In this document: one piece after another, positions 53,879-64,000 of the stretch
How positions within the stretch are numbered: position 1 is the first letter of the stretch
Layout of the letters: each line of letters begins with the position of its first letter
Source of the DNA: Cystobasidiomycetes sp. EMM_F5
Taxonomy: Eukaryota
DNA: 64,000 nucleotides
Assembly: GCA_051047955.1 (NCBI GenBank)
Contig: JBPGPT010000004.1
Location: 1 to 64,000, forward strand
Reading direction: 5' to 3'
Notes under the pieces: generated by a model
What the model saw: the letters and a program-made list of their open reading frames with translations, nothing else
Database searches by the model: none
Told to the model about the DNA's origin: nothing
Translations under genes and position numbers: made by a program

Positions 53879-54199
53879 AACGCGCGGTCAGTCTGCCAGA
53901 CGACGCGCAGTCAGCTTTGAGGAGAATATGTATGCAGGATATGTGTCAGTTAGTCTGAACATAAAAGCTACACTGCGACAAAGAAACGCGAGTTGAAAGC
54001 TCTTGCCTCTGCTCGATTCAAATGAGAATAACCTCGCGATATGCCGAGCACAGTGTATGCTATGCTGGCCCTTCATACCTCCAAGGCAGTGTAGATGCGC
54101 GTTACTTTCCACAGCCCTACGCAATTACTCCGACACGACAGCTGCAAGTTTCGCCAGGCTTGGTTTATAACACTCACTCACATATCCACGTCTGCAATA

Positions 54200-54439
54200 A
54201 TGACTCGCTTACGCGCTTCCCATACTCCCTCATCATCCCCGCCAGAGCGGGCTCTGTCGCCCGCGCTGCCGTCCGCATCGAGGTGCTCCACCATCAACGC
54301 TACCGCAAACTCACGAACATCACCTCCAGCGCGAAATATACAGTCACATCCGCACAACCAGAATGTCGGGCTAAGCATTTTTTGGCCCGGAATGGCATTT
54401 GCTCCGGCGCTCTACTTGCCTGGAGCAGCTGCGTACTGA
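54200..54439 (+). CDS. Possible small intronless ORF (79 aa)
   Basis: ATG with A at -3, TTTATAA at 54164-54170, fills an otherwise empty 730-bp gap; Ser/Pro-rich with hydrophobic tail; no homology recognised. Confidence 0.3.
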   Translation: MTRLRASHTPSSSPPERALSPALPSASRCSTINATANSRTSPPARNIQSHPHNQNVGLSIFWPGMAFAPALYLPGAAAY

Positions 54440-54611
54440 CAAAAGAGCATGGCGGTGCGGCGCATAGCCAAGATGCTAATCCCTCACAGTCAGGCTACTT
54501 GATACCAGGCTATAGACTACAGCTTCGGCCGTGCCGAAGTAAATTTGCTTGCTTGCGACTCCTATACACAATTATTGCAATTATCTAGCCCGGCAGACCC
54601 TAAAATTAAAT

Positions 54612-55787
54612 TTACAGAGGACCAGTTCCTTCACTTTTGAATGTCCGAGACTGCGATCTGCTAGTGACTGCACTTGCCCAGTCTGGAGTTGTTCCATCTT
54701 CTGAACTGCGAATTGATGACGAAATGCTAGCGCTACGTTGCCGTTCGCCAGTGTCTGCATTCGCGACTGACGGAAAGCCATCTGCAGGTCGCGGAGTCCG
54801 CACATCTTCTGCATCCGATAGCTGCAAGCCGGAAGAGGCATCCATAGGCTTAGCTTGTGGATGTCGAGGCGATGATGGTTCCTCTTGTATGGCATTAAGT
54901 GAAGGCGTTCGCGATAACATAGGAGAACGTGGAGAACGTGTTGGATTCTGACTTCGGAATGCTATAGCTGCTGCGGTACGCTCAAAGGTAGGGGACAGAT
55001 TGGCTTCGCTTTTTGTAGGCGTCGTCGTCGCCTTTTGTGATGGAGACTGAAACGACAGGTCGAAATTGTTTGCGAGTGGAGGAGCATCCTCCTCGTTGGA
55101 TTTTGTTCGAAACATGTTGGAAGCACTAGATGCAGAGGAATCAGATCGCTCGCGATTGCGGTTGCTGTCTGGCTGAAGATAGGATGTATTGCGGTGTGTG
55201 TGTCCGAGGTCCAATATTGGATCTTCTTCATCCGGTTCTTTGAGACGGCTGCTAGGATGATGGTGGTGATGCTGTTGCTTTCCCTTGCCTGTGAGGAGCT
55301 GGGCTATTCGACTGAACTTGTGCCCTCGTCCTCTGATGGAGAAGGAGGATCTTTGCGAGTCTCTGCGGCGCTTATTACGCCGGTCGAGAGATGATGCTAG
55401 AGGTAGTTCGTCGTCGTCATCTTCCTCCTCGTCTGAGCTCACACCGTCGAGATGGATTACACGACCAGTCCTACCGTTGCCGTACCTAAACCCGCTGTGG
55501 CTCTGGCTAGCATCGTCGCCATCCCCGTCCCCAAAGTCCGTGTACCCATCGTAGTGCGTCGAAGCAGCATCGTCGTTGAGACGTATCCTCCCTCGGTATC
55601 CTGCACGGTCTGTAAAGTCTCGGAGGGCATACTGCATCCGCAGCGGGAGGAGTTGCAGAAAGTTGCGCAGGGACAGCCATATGACAAAGAGCATGAACAG
55701 GGTCAGTATCGGCAGCCAGACCCATGATGGGATGCCAGTGGGCGAGCTGGGCGGAGTGACGGGCACATCTTCGTCTGGGGCTTCCAT
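54612..55787 (-). CDS. Single-pass membrane protein with long disordered tail
   Basis: About 390-aa ORF; TM WVWLPILTLFMLFVIWLSL near the N-terminus; acidic, His- and Ser-rich remainder; start codon uncertain. Confidence 0.7.
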   Translation of the reverse strand: MEAPDEDVPVTPPSSPTGIPSWVWLPILTLFMLFVIWLSLRNFLQLLPLRMQYALRDFTDRAGYRGRIRLNDDAASTHYDGYTDFGDGDGDDASQSHSGFRYGNGRTGRVIHLDGVSSDEEEDDDDELPLASSLDRRNKRRRDSQRSSFSIRGRGHKFSRIAQLLTGKGKQQHHHHHPSSRLKEPDEEDPILDLGHTHRNTSYLQPDSNRNRERSDSSASSASNMFRTKSNEEDAPPLANNFDLSFQSPSQKATTTPTKSEANLSPTFERTAAAIAFRSQNPTRSPRSPMLSRTPSLNAIQEEPSSPRHPQAKPMDASSGLQLSDAEDVRTPRPADGFPSVANADTGERQRSASISSSIRSSEDGTTPDWASAVTSRSQSRTFKSEGTGPL

Positions 55788-56013
55788 GGCGGGCTCCTCA
55801 TTCAGAATTGTCAAGACATCGCTATGAGCAGCGTTGCGGCATGTTATGACACTTTCACATTGGCGACGGTGTAACCAGCGTTGCCTTCTTTATTGATCGA
55901 TGTAAAGGCAGTGTCGATGTCGAGTATGACCTACCTTGTGCTAATCAGTCGACAACCACTGCAGTCACTCATTTGGACTGCGCGTAGCTCTCTGCGCTGC
56001 AAGAGGAACCCCC

Positions 56014-59000
56014 ATGCCCGCAGATGCAGCCCAAAAGACGGCAATTACGCAAAATGACGAACGCAGAATCAAATATCGTGCCCGTCGGCCAGGAAGACAG
56101 GTCAAGATCCCAGCACCGCCCAGGATACTCGCACTGCTTCCAATAGCCATCATCGTGTCGGGTCTGGCTCTCGTCCGCTTCTATCGCGCCGAGCGAGCGG
56201 CATTCTCAAACAGCCAAGCCGAAGCAGCGATACACCGTTTGGTTGCAAGGCAATGGCAGAATGGCACACTAGACCCCACAAAGCATCACTCGCATACTCC
56301 AGATCTCGGTCAACTTCCATCCTACATTCCCTACCACGTCATATACACGCATCTACCACCGGCACTGGGCATAACGCTGTTGATTCTATGGCTGCTCTTC
56401 CTCTTCTCCTTCCTCGGTATAGTCGCCAGCGACTTCTTTTGCCCGAACCTCTCAACCCTCGCCGCTCGCTTAGGCCTGCCGGAAGATGTAGCCGGCGCGA
56501 CAATGGTAGGCTGGGCAAACGGGGCACCAGACCTCTTTAGCACATTCGCCTCCCTCAAAGCAGGAAGCGGTAGTCTAGCTATCGGAGAGCTTCTCGGTGC
56601 AGCTTCCTTCATCTGCTGCGTAGTAGCTGGATGTATGGTCCTCGTCAAGCCCTTCAAAGTCCAGCGCTTCAACTTCTTTCGAGACGTCGGCTTCTTCACC
56701 GTAGCTGTCGCATTTGCAATGATCATCCTTCGAGATGGCCAGATACATGCATGGGAAGCGAAATGCATGTGCGTACTGTATCTGTGCTACGTTGTCCTAG
56801 TCGCTGTCGGATCGTGGTGGAGAAGACGGCGGTGGAGAAGGAAGGAACGCGAGCGACTAGCGCGCGAAGCTTGGAACGAGTCATCGCAGCCTCTTGAAAA
56901 TCCCTACGACGATGACGTGGACGCCCGTACGAGGCGAAATATGGCAGAGGGTGGTCTGTCGAGGTCGTCTCGATCGTCGCTTACTCCTCTGGTCATTCCA
57001 GAAGTAATGATTACCCGCTCAATCACCGAAGAGAACCCCGCTGTACTGTCGACCGATAATCAAGAAGAAGACTATTTTAATTCCAGCCCAATCCGCATGT
57101 CGCAGGATGAGAATGACGAGAATGACGATGAAGCACGGACTCCGCTGACTCATACGCCCATGGCTGGTCTGCCATCGCCTTTTGTCACGACTCCAGCCGT
57201 CGGACGTAGACGGTCCTCTACGGTAGCTGGAGCGGGAGCAAATTCATCAAAGTTGAGAGCCATCACTCCGTCCGGACACGCTCGTTCACGTAGTGGAAGT
57301 GCGCATCCGGGTCTCTCACATACACGGTCCGTATCTCAATCACATCATATCCTGCCGCCCGCGACTCGCATCCTGCATCGCTCATCTATTCTCGGCGCCA
57401 TTGAATTCAGGGACGTCGTCAATTCACTTCGTGCCGAGTCGAGTACAACAAGGCAGATAGAAGGTATTGATACTCCCATTACGCCTTCTGGAAGGTATGC
57501 AGGAACGCCACGCGGCATGTCGGACAGCAGTTCGCATTCAGGGCACACGAGGCTGGGAAGCCGTGCTAGGAGTATAAGTGGAGCACTACCTGCTCGACCT
57601 ACCACGAAGCGCTTAGAGCGTGTCTCATCCAACGGAAGTGCAGAATACAGTCCTACGCCTAGTCGGCCACCCTCATTCCGCTCTGTGGAGAGGACAGCTA
57701 GTCCAGAACCGATAGTATCAGCAAGCACACCAGAACTTGCCGCGCGATCGAGGCGGAAAAGAGATGCACAGTCAATTGCTTTGCCAGAGCTGAATGATCC
57801 GTGGAAGAATGCGGCTGTACCACTCTCAAGGTCCAGCACTCCGGGAATCAGCATAAGTGAGCAGCAAGTACACGAGCAGCATGCAAGAGAATTCAAAGCC
57901 TGGGGAGGCAGTGCCTCTGGTACAGGTCTTTGCGAATTGGACGGTGAGGATGGCGACGCTGAAGACAGTCCGTCGGACATGGCTGGCGAATCAGACGTTA
58001 CTGCCCGTCCAGGTCCCAGCAATGATACCTTCTCAAGTACCACTGCTATGCGCAAGGTGCCCTCAAAGGCTCGACGCTTACTCGGCTTGACTCCTGGCTC
58101 GAACAGTGGACCAGGGACAGAGGCAGCAGTACCGCCGAAGGCTCAGCGAGTATTAGGCCTTCCTGGAGCTCTGGACGGCCCTTCAGCCAGTCATCGTGGG
58201 CGTTGGCGTACACCAAACTGGCGATACATATTTGCTGCTGTTCGAGCGATGGCATATGCAGTCTTTCCTTCGCTGCATAACTTCAGAAAGAAGTCCATCC
58301 TGGCAATGATGACGAGCCTCGTCGCTGTTCCTGCTGTGCTGCTCCTTAATCTGACCTTGCCAGTCGTAGATGAGTCTGAAGCGGAAGACTCTTTTCTAGA
58401 AGAGCTCGAAAAAGAACGTCTTGAGCTTGAAGGGGACGAAGAGGGTCAGATTCGCCTAGCAGAAGACGACGTAGAGGAAGATGGTGGAATCATCGATCTA
58501 GAGTCAGGCTACAACCATTCGCACAGTCACCATCGAACGCATATAGCCGGAAGACGTTCGCCGTCTGGGGATGACATCGAAGACGAGCTGGACAGGCAGG
58601 AGCACGATGACTATGAGAGAAATGTTCGAAGAACGCTGGCAATCGCCGAGGAACTTCACTCGCCTGTTGCTACTCATCATCATCATCATGACGAAGCTCG
58701 TGCACACGCGCACAGTGAGCCGACACCTGGCGCTAATGGCTTGCTCGCCCCGCCAGGCCGCGCTCTCTCGGTACCAGTAGAGTCTAAGCATTATATAGAC
58801 TCTGCTGATATACCGATATCCGACTCGCCTGCTCGAGTACAGAGCCCCGTATTGGCAGCCGGTAGCGCCGCCGTTCCTGATCTACCATCACTAGATGACC
58901 TTGCAGGACCGAAGGCTCCAAGCTATGACATTGACGATTGCGATTTGAATCGCTACTTGACGGCCTTACAGTGCTTCCTGGCGCCAATGTTTTGCGTTGT

Positions 59001-59718
59001 CGCCATATTTGGCAACGCGCTCGATGTGTGGTACCTTCCTGTAGCATTTGTCATTGGGACCAGCCTGGCTACGCTAGTCGTTCTATTTTTCCAAGACGAA
59101 AAGCACGCAACTAGAGTGCTCTCACTCTGCTGCATCGGCTTCATCGTCGCCATTGTGTGGATCTTGACCATAGTCAACGAAGTGGTCGGGGTCTTGCAGG
59201 TAAGTCTACGCCGGATTCTCGGTATCGTGTCTGCTGACTTTCTACTTTCGTGACCACAGACTGTTGGGCACATCTTTGGACTGAGTGATGCTATACTCGG
59301 CTTGACTATATTTGCCATGGTATGTTAGTTCTGCGTTGTTTGTATCGGCTGTACTGAACAAGACTCTCAGGGCAATTCTCTTGGCGATCTTGTTGCAAAT
59401 ATTACTGTCGCGAGGATGGGATACCCGTTGATGGCGCTGAGTGCATGTTTCGGCGGGCCAATGCTCAATATACTGCTCGGGATCGGTTTGTCGGGTGCTT
59501 ACCTCACGACCATCAACGGAGGGATTCCTGTGCACGTTGACATTGGGCCTACACTGCTTGTGAGCGGGGCCAGTCTGCTGCTCGTGCTTTGCGGCACACT
59601 CGTGACGGTTCCCCTCAATGGCTACGTCATGACTCGTAAGTGGGCTATTGGTCTTATTGCAGTTTATATCTGTGTCATGGCAGTGAATGTGGTTGTAGAA
59701 GTGAAAAGAGAAGCATGA
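56014..59718 (+). CDS. Cation/Ca2+ exchanger (CaCA superfamily, CCX/Ecm27-like)
   Basis: ASDFFCPNL, alpha-1 GWANGAPDLFSTF, AIGELLGAA; alpha-2 LGLTIFAM|GNSLGDLVAN, ACFGGPMLNILLGIG; very long central loop. Confidence 0.92.
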
Positions 59719-60255
59719 TGCTAGCTGTGATCCAGGAAGACTCGACAGTACACGATGATTATATGTAGCATAGATATGCATCAGAGCGGCTGAATGGACG
59801 AATCATGTAGACACTGAGAATGCCGTTACAGGGTCACAAAGCGTTATGCTTGGTTACGTGTCTAGTCAACGGGGTCAACAAGACGTTTGCGACAGTCAGC
59901 TTTCGTCGAGGGCATGCGTATGCTGCATCGGCTGAGCCGGAAGAACACAAATTCTCCGCTTTTGCATGATCTTCTGTTTTTCACGGAGAGAGTTTGGTCA
60001 GGTATACCTGTAGCTTCTCCGACGTCATTGCATTTATCTACACAAGGCATGAGCGGAGTCAGACGAAGCGCATTTTAGTGTCAAGACAAATCATTCGTCT
60101 GTCAGATGCCTGTATGAGTCCCGACGCGTCGAGAACAGGGTAAGATCAGCACGAAGGCGAGTTGCTCATACGTTAAGCCATTCATGTAGACAGGTCATAT
60201 TGCGGTTGGGATGCAGTCTTCTCTGCTTTATTGTTGCGCGTTGCCACCGTCGCGT

Positions 60256-60485
60256 CCCCGCAAAGAAGGTCATCACCAATCCGTGTATAAAAGCTCACGA
60301 CACTTGGTTCAGGTTGTCGTATGTCGTTCCAAATGTCGCTTGTACTCCTCTCATAGTGCATCGCGGCGGTCCATCCCGGGTAGGCCTGGCCGCGCCGGAA
60401 CAGGTCGGAAGTGTGCCCGGCCGCGCCGGAAGGTATCGGGTACGGGATCCCGGAAGGCAGTTGATCCGCGAGGACAGTATAAATA
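60256..60485 (+). promoter_or_regulatory. PCK1 promoter: SYGGRG site, duplicated CGG-N7-CGG elements, TATA box
   Basis: CCCCGC 60256-60261; GGCCGCGCCGGAA at 60388 and 60419; CGG-N7-CGG at 60396-60408 and 60427-60439; TATAAATA 60478-60485. Confidence 0.65.
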
Positions 60486-60683
60486 TATGCCCAGCCTGTG
60501 GTTGGCTTTCTGCTCTGCTTCTCTGACTGTCTACACGACACTGACATACCAATACACACTGCGGATACCATCCACAGACACTCGCACTACGCCCTTTGTC
60601 GCTGAGCAAAGATACGACTCCTGAAGGCCGTCGCACCCAATCTTGTTCGCAAATCCATAACTACATCCACGCTATCTGCCAAA

Positions 60684-62837
60684 ATGGTCGGAAGATCTGG
60701 TCTCTATACTCCCGGTGGTCGCATGGGCGGCTCCAGCACTCCCCGCTTCTCGTACGAAGAGGGCTCCGGTGGTGCACACCTTGGCGGGTAAGTCGGCATT
60801 TCTCCGCTCGCGAGATGAAACCCGGATATCGATTTTCGGCATCTCGTGGGAGCCTGAGCTGGGCAAACGGATGACTTCTAGAGGTGTGTGTCATGTATAC
60901 TGACTGCTTCTTGTGGTCTCTGCAGGTCTGCCGATGCTACCTACCAATTGCTGTGAGTTTGCCGCCGTCTGGCAAGGCCTGCCACCGCATACTTACAGCC
61001 TCTCCACTAACAGCGGAAAAGACCTCAAGATGTTCTCCGAGGCTGGTTTCGATATGGACAAGATCCACCTCAAGCGAAACGCGAGCGTGGCTCAATTGTA
61101 CGAAGATGCCATCAAGTACGAGGGTGCCGTCATCTCCGCCTCTGGAGCCTTGATCAACTTTTCCGGAAAGAAGACTGGCCGCAGTCCCAAGGACAAGCGT
61201 ATCGTCTACGAAGACAGCAGCAAGGATGACGTCGACTGGGGTACGGTCAATATCAAGATGGACGAGCACACTTTCGAAATCAACAGAGAGCGTGCTATCG
61301 ACTACTTGAACACCCGCGATAATGTATACGTCTTCGATGGCTTCGCTGGATGGGACCCAAAGTACAGGTCGGTTGTCTGAAGCTCCCGGCATCCCACTCA
61401 TAGCTGACATTACTACCACAGAATCAAGGTCCGAGTCATCTGCGCTCGTGCTTACCACGCCCTCTTCATGAATAATATGCTCATCCGACCAACCAAGAAG
61501 GAGCTAGAAAGCTTCGGAACCCCCGACTTCACCATCTACAACGCTGGCCAGTTCCCAGCGAATCGTTTCACTGCCGGCATGACCTCGACTACCTCCATCG
61601 AGCTCAACTTTGCAAGAAAGGAGATGGTCATTCTCGGAACTGGTACGTTGCGATACAAAGCTCCATCGTGGTGGTGTTGCGATGCTGACAAACTCTGTAG
61701 AGTACGCCGGCGAAATGAAGAAGGGTGTCTTCTCCGTCATGCACTACCTCCAGCCAGTCAAGTTTGGTCAGCTCTCGCTCCACTCTTCTGCCAACGAGGG
61801 CAAGGACGGCGATGTCTCCCTATTCTTCGGTCTCTCGGGTACCGGCAAGACTACGCTCTCTGCTGACCCAGCCCGCTACCTGATTGGTGATGACGAGCAC
61901 GTCTGGTCTGACAACGGAGTGTACGTATTCTTCACCGGGTTGCGGGAATAATAGGCGGTGCTGACCTCCCTACAACAGATTCAACATTGAAGGTGGATGC
62001 TACGCCAAGACCATCAACCTCTCCGCCGAGAAGGAGCCAGAGATCTACAGTGCCATCCGCTTCGGCTCCATTCTCGAAAACGTCGTCTTTGATGGCGAGA
62101 CCCGCGAACCAGATTACGATGATGTCTCTATCACTGAGAACACTAGAGTAAGCAATGTACCCGCCTACCCCGTCCGTATATGATGCTAACATCCCTCCCG
62201 CTCATAGTGCGCGTACCCCATCGACTTCATTCCAAACGCCAAGATTCCCTGCATTGCCCACTCTCAGCCCAAAAACATCATCTACCTCACCTGCGATGCT
62301 TTCGGTACACTGCCGCCCGTCAGCAAGCTCAACTCTGCTCAAGCTCAATACTGGTTCTTGGCTGGATACACCAGCAAAACACCAGGTACAGAAGACGGTG
62401 TCACTGAGCCTATTCCTACTTTCTCGACTTGCTTCGGACAGCCATTCCTCGTCTGCAAGCCGAGCAGGTATGCATCAATGTTGGCCGAGAAGATGGAGGC
62501 GTCCGGCGCTTCGTGCTGGTTGATCAATACCGGCTGGGTTGGTGGTGCTTACGGTACCGGCAAGCGATGCTCGCTCAAGTACACTCGTGCCATTATCGAT
62601 GCTATCCACGACGGCTCAATTCACAAGGCCGAGTTCGGCACATTCAAGACTTTCGGCTTGCAAATTCCAAAGAGCTTGCCAGGTGTCCCTGAAGAGGTTC
62701 TCAACCCGTTCTTGGCTTGGTCCGACAAGGGTGCTCTTGATGGATCCATCGCCAAACTCGCCACAATGTTTACAAAGAACTTCAAGCGATTCGAGGCAGA
62801 TGCTGGTCCAGAGGTACTGGCCGCAGGACCGCAGTAA
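60684..62837 (+). CDS. PCK1: Phosphoenolpyruvate carboxykinase (ATP)
   Basis: [60 protein letters not shown]; includes a 27-nt exon 60926-60952. Confidence 0.96.
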
Positions 62838-63067
62838 ATTGGATCTGACCATTATTAAGCGGTAGTGGGTGTGTTGTATGATTAATTAACATTACCTGTA
62901 TCGGTTGAAAAGCAATCAAGCGAGGAAATATCGATTTCTCAGCGATGTCTCGGCATGCAGAGCTTCGTTTAGCGAGGCCATCACAACATAAGTCTGAGTA
63001 GGGTGGTTTCAAGAGTGACTTGCATGCTAAGCCCAGCTATGTAAATACAGGGAGTCTGTCTATCGAG

Positions 63068-63911
63068 CTACGACGATTCTGTCTGTTCTGCGGAAGAGTC
63101 TCGGGATGCGTCATCCACGATTCTGGGCTTTTGAATGACATCGACTTCTCCTGGAGAGCATTGGCCATGAGCAACTGTCAGCCTTGCCCCGCATAGCCAA
63201 TCTCATTGAAAAGCACGCACTGCACAGGAGCAGTATTTGCTCGGTGATCTGTCCATTAGCATCCTTGTTGACCCGCTTCTTCAAGTCGGCTTCGACGCGA
63301 ACAAGAGTGCTATGAGTCACACGGAGGACATAGTAGTCAGTGTCGAGGCTACCGTGCCGAATTCGCGAATTGGCGCTAAAACGGATATGAATGAGAACCC
63401 ACCCTTTTGGCAGAGTAGAGAGGAAAGCTCGGCCGTTGGTTTGGTATGACAAAACTCGATGCCAAGTTGCCGTCGATTCTGCACGGCCTGCATGAAGAAG
63501 CATGCGAGACGGATGGATTGATTTGCGGTTGCATTGTCAGATCCGTATCCACCAGCAGAATAAGACACGAGCTTACTGCCGTCACTTGCTGGAGGGGCCC
63601 GCTCCGACTGGGCGATGGTGTATATGAGGATATCCCGGCCTTGCTTGTCCTTGGCCTGCTCTGGCACGAGACCCAGTCTGCCTATTATGCTTACTCTGGC
63701 CATATCCATTGCTGGCCGGGCAGTCGAAAAAGCCTGTCAAGCATGAGCCAGGGTGCGGGAAAGTGAACGGCATGAAAGAAGAGCCAATGCTAGTCAGTAT
63801 CTTACGGCAGAGTGCGAGACCGCCGTTGTTTAGGCAGCTTAATTCTCGCCTGTCCCAATATTGACTGACTTTTGCATTGCCAGCTGAGCGGAGTAGGCTG
63901 CGACCGAGCAT
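63068..63911 (-). CDS. RIM1: Mitochondrial single-stranded DNA-binding protein (5 exons)
   Basis: Presequence MLGRSLLRSAGNAK|AFSTARPA; MARVSIIGRLG, TWHRV, LPKG|TLVRVEADL OB-fold motifs. Confidence 0.8.
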
Positions 63912-64000
63912 GTTTGGAGAGTATGCGTGGGCGATTAAGTGCTTGTGTGCTGTCGTTGTTTGATAAAAGGTTACAAAGAGACAAAGCAAAAATTGGCCGG

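Noticed and set aside
55824..55972. Upstream in-frame exon (ATG 55972) for the single-pass membrane protein
   Set aside because: Would leave only 41 bp between divergent start codons; more likely a leader intron, unresolved without cDNA.
62835..62860. Stop-codon read-through to a cryptic PTS1 in PCK1 or other enzymes
   Set aside because: No TGA-CTA context and no SKL-like extension at the stops I checked.

Overview
Gene-dense, intron-rich eukaryotic DNA. Introns are mostly about 50-75 nt GT-AG with CTRAY-type branch points, and intergenic gaps are usually 5-400 bp. The gene content and splice signals are fungal, most consistent with a compact basidiomycete yeast; the taxon is my inference. 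About 30 protein genes were reconstructed by hand across introns, so CDS coordinates are start-to-stop spans including introns. Most are housekeeping: carnosine N-methyltransferase, F-box protein, Dal5-type MFS permease with a divergent Zn2Cys6 factor, RRP9, HAS1, SRP54, SOG2, two tandem nitronate monooxygenases, ATG26, CPR6, UFD2, PPIL4, NSP1, NOG1, COX14, AlkB-GRF dioxygenase, RAS1, CWH41, a CaCA exchanger, PCK1 and RIM1. I saw no tRNA, rRNA, CRISPR array, transposase or biosynthetic cluster, and no convincing new multi-gene system. The best leads are: (i) an orphan 1.5-kb locus at 35.0-36.6 kb with a strand-specific 20-bp hairpin, uORFs, spliced leader and a 71-bp duplication; (ii) a decayed tandem copy of the methyltransferase at 258-812 that the ORF track misses; (iii) two phased CGG-N7-CGG elements in the PCK1 promoter matching the ascomycete AcuK/AcuM site; (iv) tandem PTS1-bearing nitronate monooxygenases that share only one intron position; (v) two small Cys-rich proteins, one of which needs a GC-AG intron.
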